Assembly (NCBI GenBank): GCA_965649225.1
Contig: CBFGJX010000002.1
Coordinates: forward strand, 32,001 to 96,000
Length of the DNA stretch: 64,000 bases
Source: a candidate division WOR-3 bacterium
GTDB lineage: Bacteria > Hydrothermota > Tepidihabitantia > Tepidihabitantales > Tepidihabitantaceae
Direction: 5' to 3'
Shown: positions 63,111 through 64,000 of the stretch, one piece after another
How positions within the stretch are numbered: position 1 is the stretch's first letter
Layout of the letters: every line of letters begins with the position of its first letter
The notes under the pieces: generated by a model
Databases searched by the model: none
Seen by the model: the letters and a program-made list of their open reading frames with translations, nothing else
Told to the model about the DNA's origin: nothing
Position numbers and translations under genes: made by a program

Positions 63111-64000
63111 AGTAGAGTTCGTACTCCCAGGGATGAGGTCGTTTGGCAACCGCATCGGCCTCGACGAACTTCATCTCAATCCAGCGATCGATCAGATCTT
63201 GGCTGAACACACCGGACTCTACGAGATAACCGCAGTCAGCACGAAGTTCAGACAACGCAGCGGCCAGGGACGTTGGCAACTGCCGGGCCGACTGAGCCTG
63301 TTCCCGACTCTCAATTCGTCCTTCGAGTGGCGGGCCGGGGTCGATCTTTTTAGCGATCCCGTCTCGCCCGGCCAGAAGGATCGCGGCCAATGCCAGGTAT
63401 GGATTGGCACTGGCGTCAGGAATCCGATACTCTATCGCCATCCGTCCAGAAGAGACGGCATAACCCGGAATGCGGATCGCAGCAGTTCGGTTGGCTATTG
63501 AGTAGAAAACAAGCACCGGTGCCTCGAACCCCGGCGTCAAACGCCGGTAGGAGTTTGTGCTTGGGTTGGTAAGGGCGCACAATCCGGGCGCATGACTCAT
63601 AATCCCACCGATGAAGCAACGAGCAAGCTCCGACAGCTCAGGTAACCCTCCCCGCACCGCAAACAGTGAGCGTCCCTGGTCAGCCATGTAGATGTGCAGA
63701 TGCATACCGGAGCCCGGTTCGCCATGCAGTGGTTTCGGCATGAACGTCGCAGTCTTACCTTCCCGGAAGGCCAGGTTGCGGACAAGATACTTGGTCAGCA
63801 TGACGGCGTCACCCGCACGTTCAACCGGGATGAACGACGATTCAACTTCAACCTGCGAGTAGCGCCCGCCCTCGTGATGGTGGTACTTCACCGGCAGGCC
63901 GACACTCGCCATCAGGCCGGCTAGTTCGCTGCGAAAATCACTGCTGCGGTCGAATGGCGGTGCGACCTCGTACGCCACTCCCTTGTAGAGTGACAGTCCG
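63100..64000 (-). CDS. glnA: Glutamine synthetase type I; 5' truncated
   Basis: HHHE, ATFMPKP, GSGMH.H, NSYRRL.PGFEAP, NR...IRIP, EYR.PD...NPYLA. Confidence 0.93.
   Translation of the reverse strand, partial: GLSLYKGVAYEVAPPFDRSSDFRSELAGLMASVGLPVKYHHHEGGRYSQVEVESSFIPVERAGDAVMLTKYLVRNLAFREGKTATFMPKPLHGEPGSGMHLHIYMADQGRSLFAVRGGLPELSELARCFIGGIMSHAPGLCALTNPSTNSYRRLTPGFEAPVLVFYSIANRTAAIRIPGYAVSSGRMAIEYRIPDASANPYLALAAILLAGRDGIAKKIDPGPPLEGRIESREQAQSARQLPTSLAAALSELRADCGYLVESGVFSQDLIDRWIEMKFVEADAVAKRPHPWEYELYYGC

Noticed and set aside
1..64000. Selenocysteine or alternative genetic code
   Set aside because: Recognised genes are uninterrupted under the standard bacterial code; no in-frame TGA at catalytic positions

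Overview
Gene-dense, GC-rich bacterial chromosomal segment with no CRISPR array, transposase, integrase or prophage gene that I can recognise. It carries housekeeping and anaerobic amino-acid/central metabolism genes (gap-pgk-tpiA-secG-rplU, argF, sucCD convergent on a four-subunit 2-oxoacid:ferredoxin oxidoreductase, trxB, SDR threonine dehydrogenase, serA-like + DUF1015, glnA-ptb-ridA, rpsP-khpA-trmD-rplS-rnhB-yraN-comM), seven tRNA genes that all lack an encoded CCA, a glycan locus, and many secreted beta-propeller, peptidase and PKD proteins. Five secreted proteins end in a FlgD-Ig/T9SS-like C-terminal domain; this profile suggests an FCB-related uncultured lineage such as WOR-3 (inference only). 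Most notable: (1) 20 of 22 sigma70-like promoters read by eye have a 16-bp rather than 17-bp spacer, and many appear to drive leaderless mRNAs; (2) an HDAC-family deacylase translationally coupled to a GT4-Wzx-CE4 deacetylase-GT4 operon; (3) a subtilase with an Asp-box propeller inserted between its catalytic Asp and His; (4) an operon combining an unknown protein, an HD hydrolase, a catalytically dead 5'-nucleotidase lipoprotein and an ICMT-like protein; (5) a small triple-HTH protein with a sigma region 4.2-like helix. All assignments come from motif reading; no database search was run.
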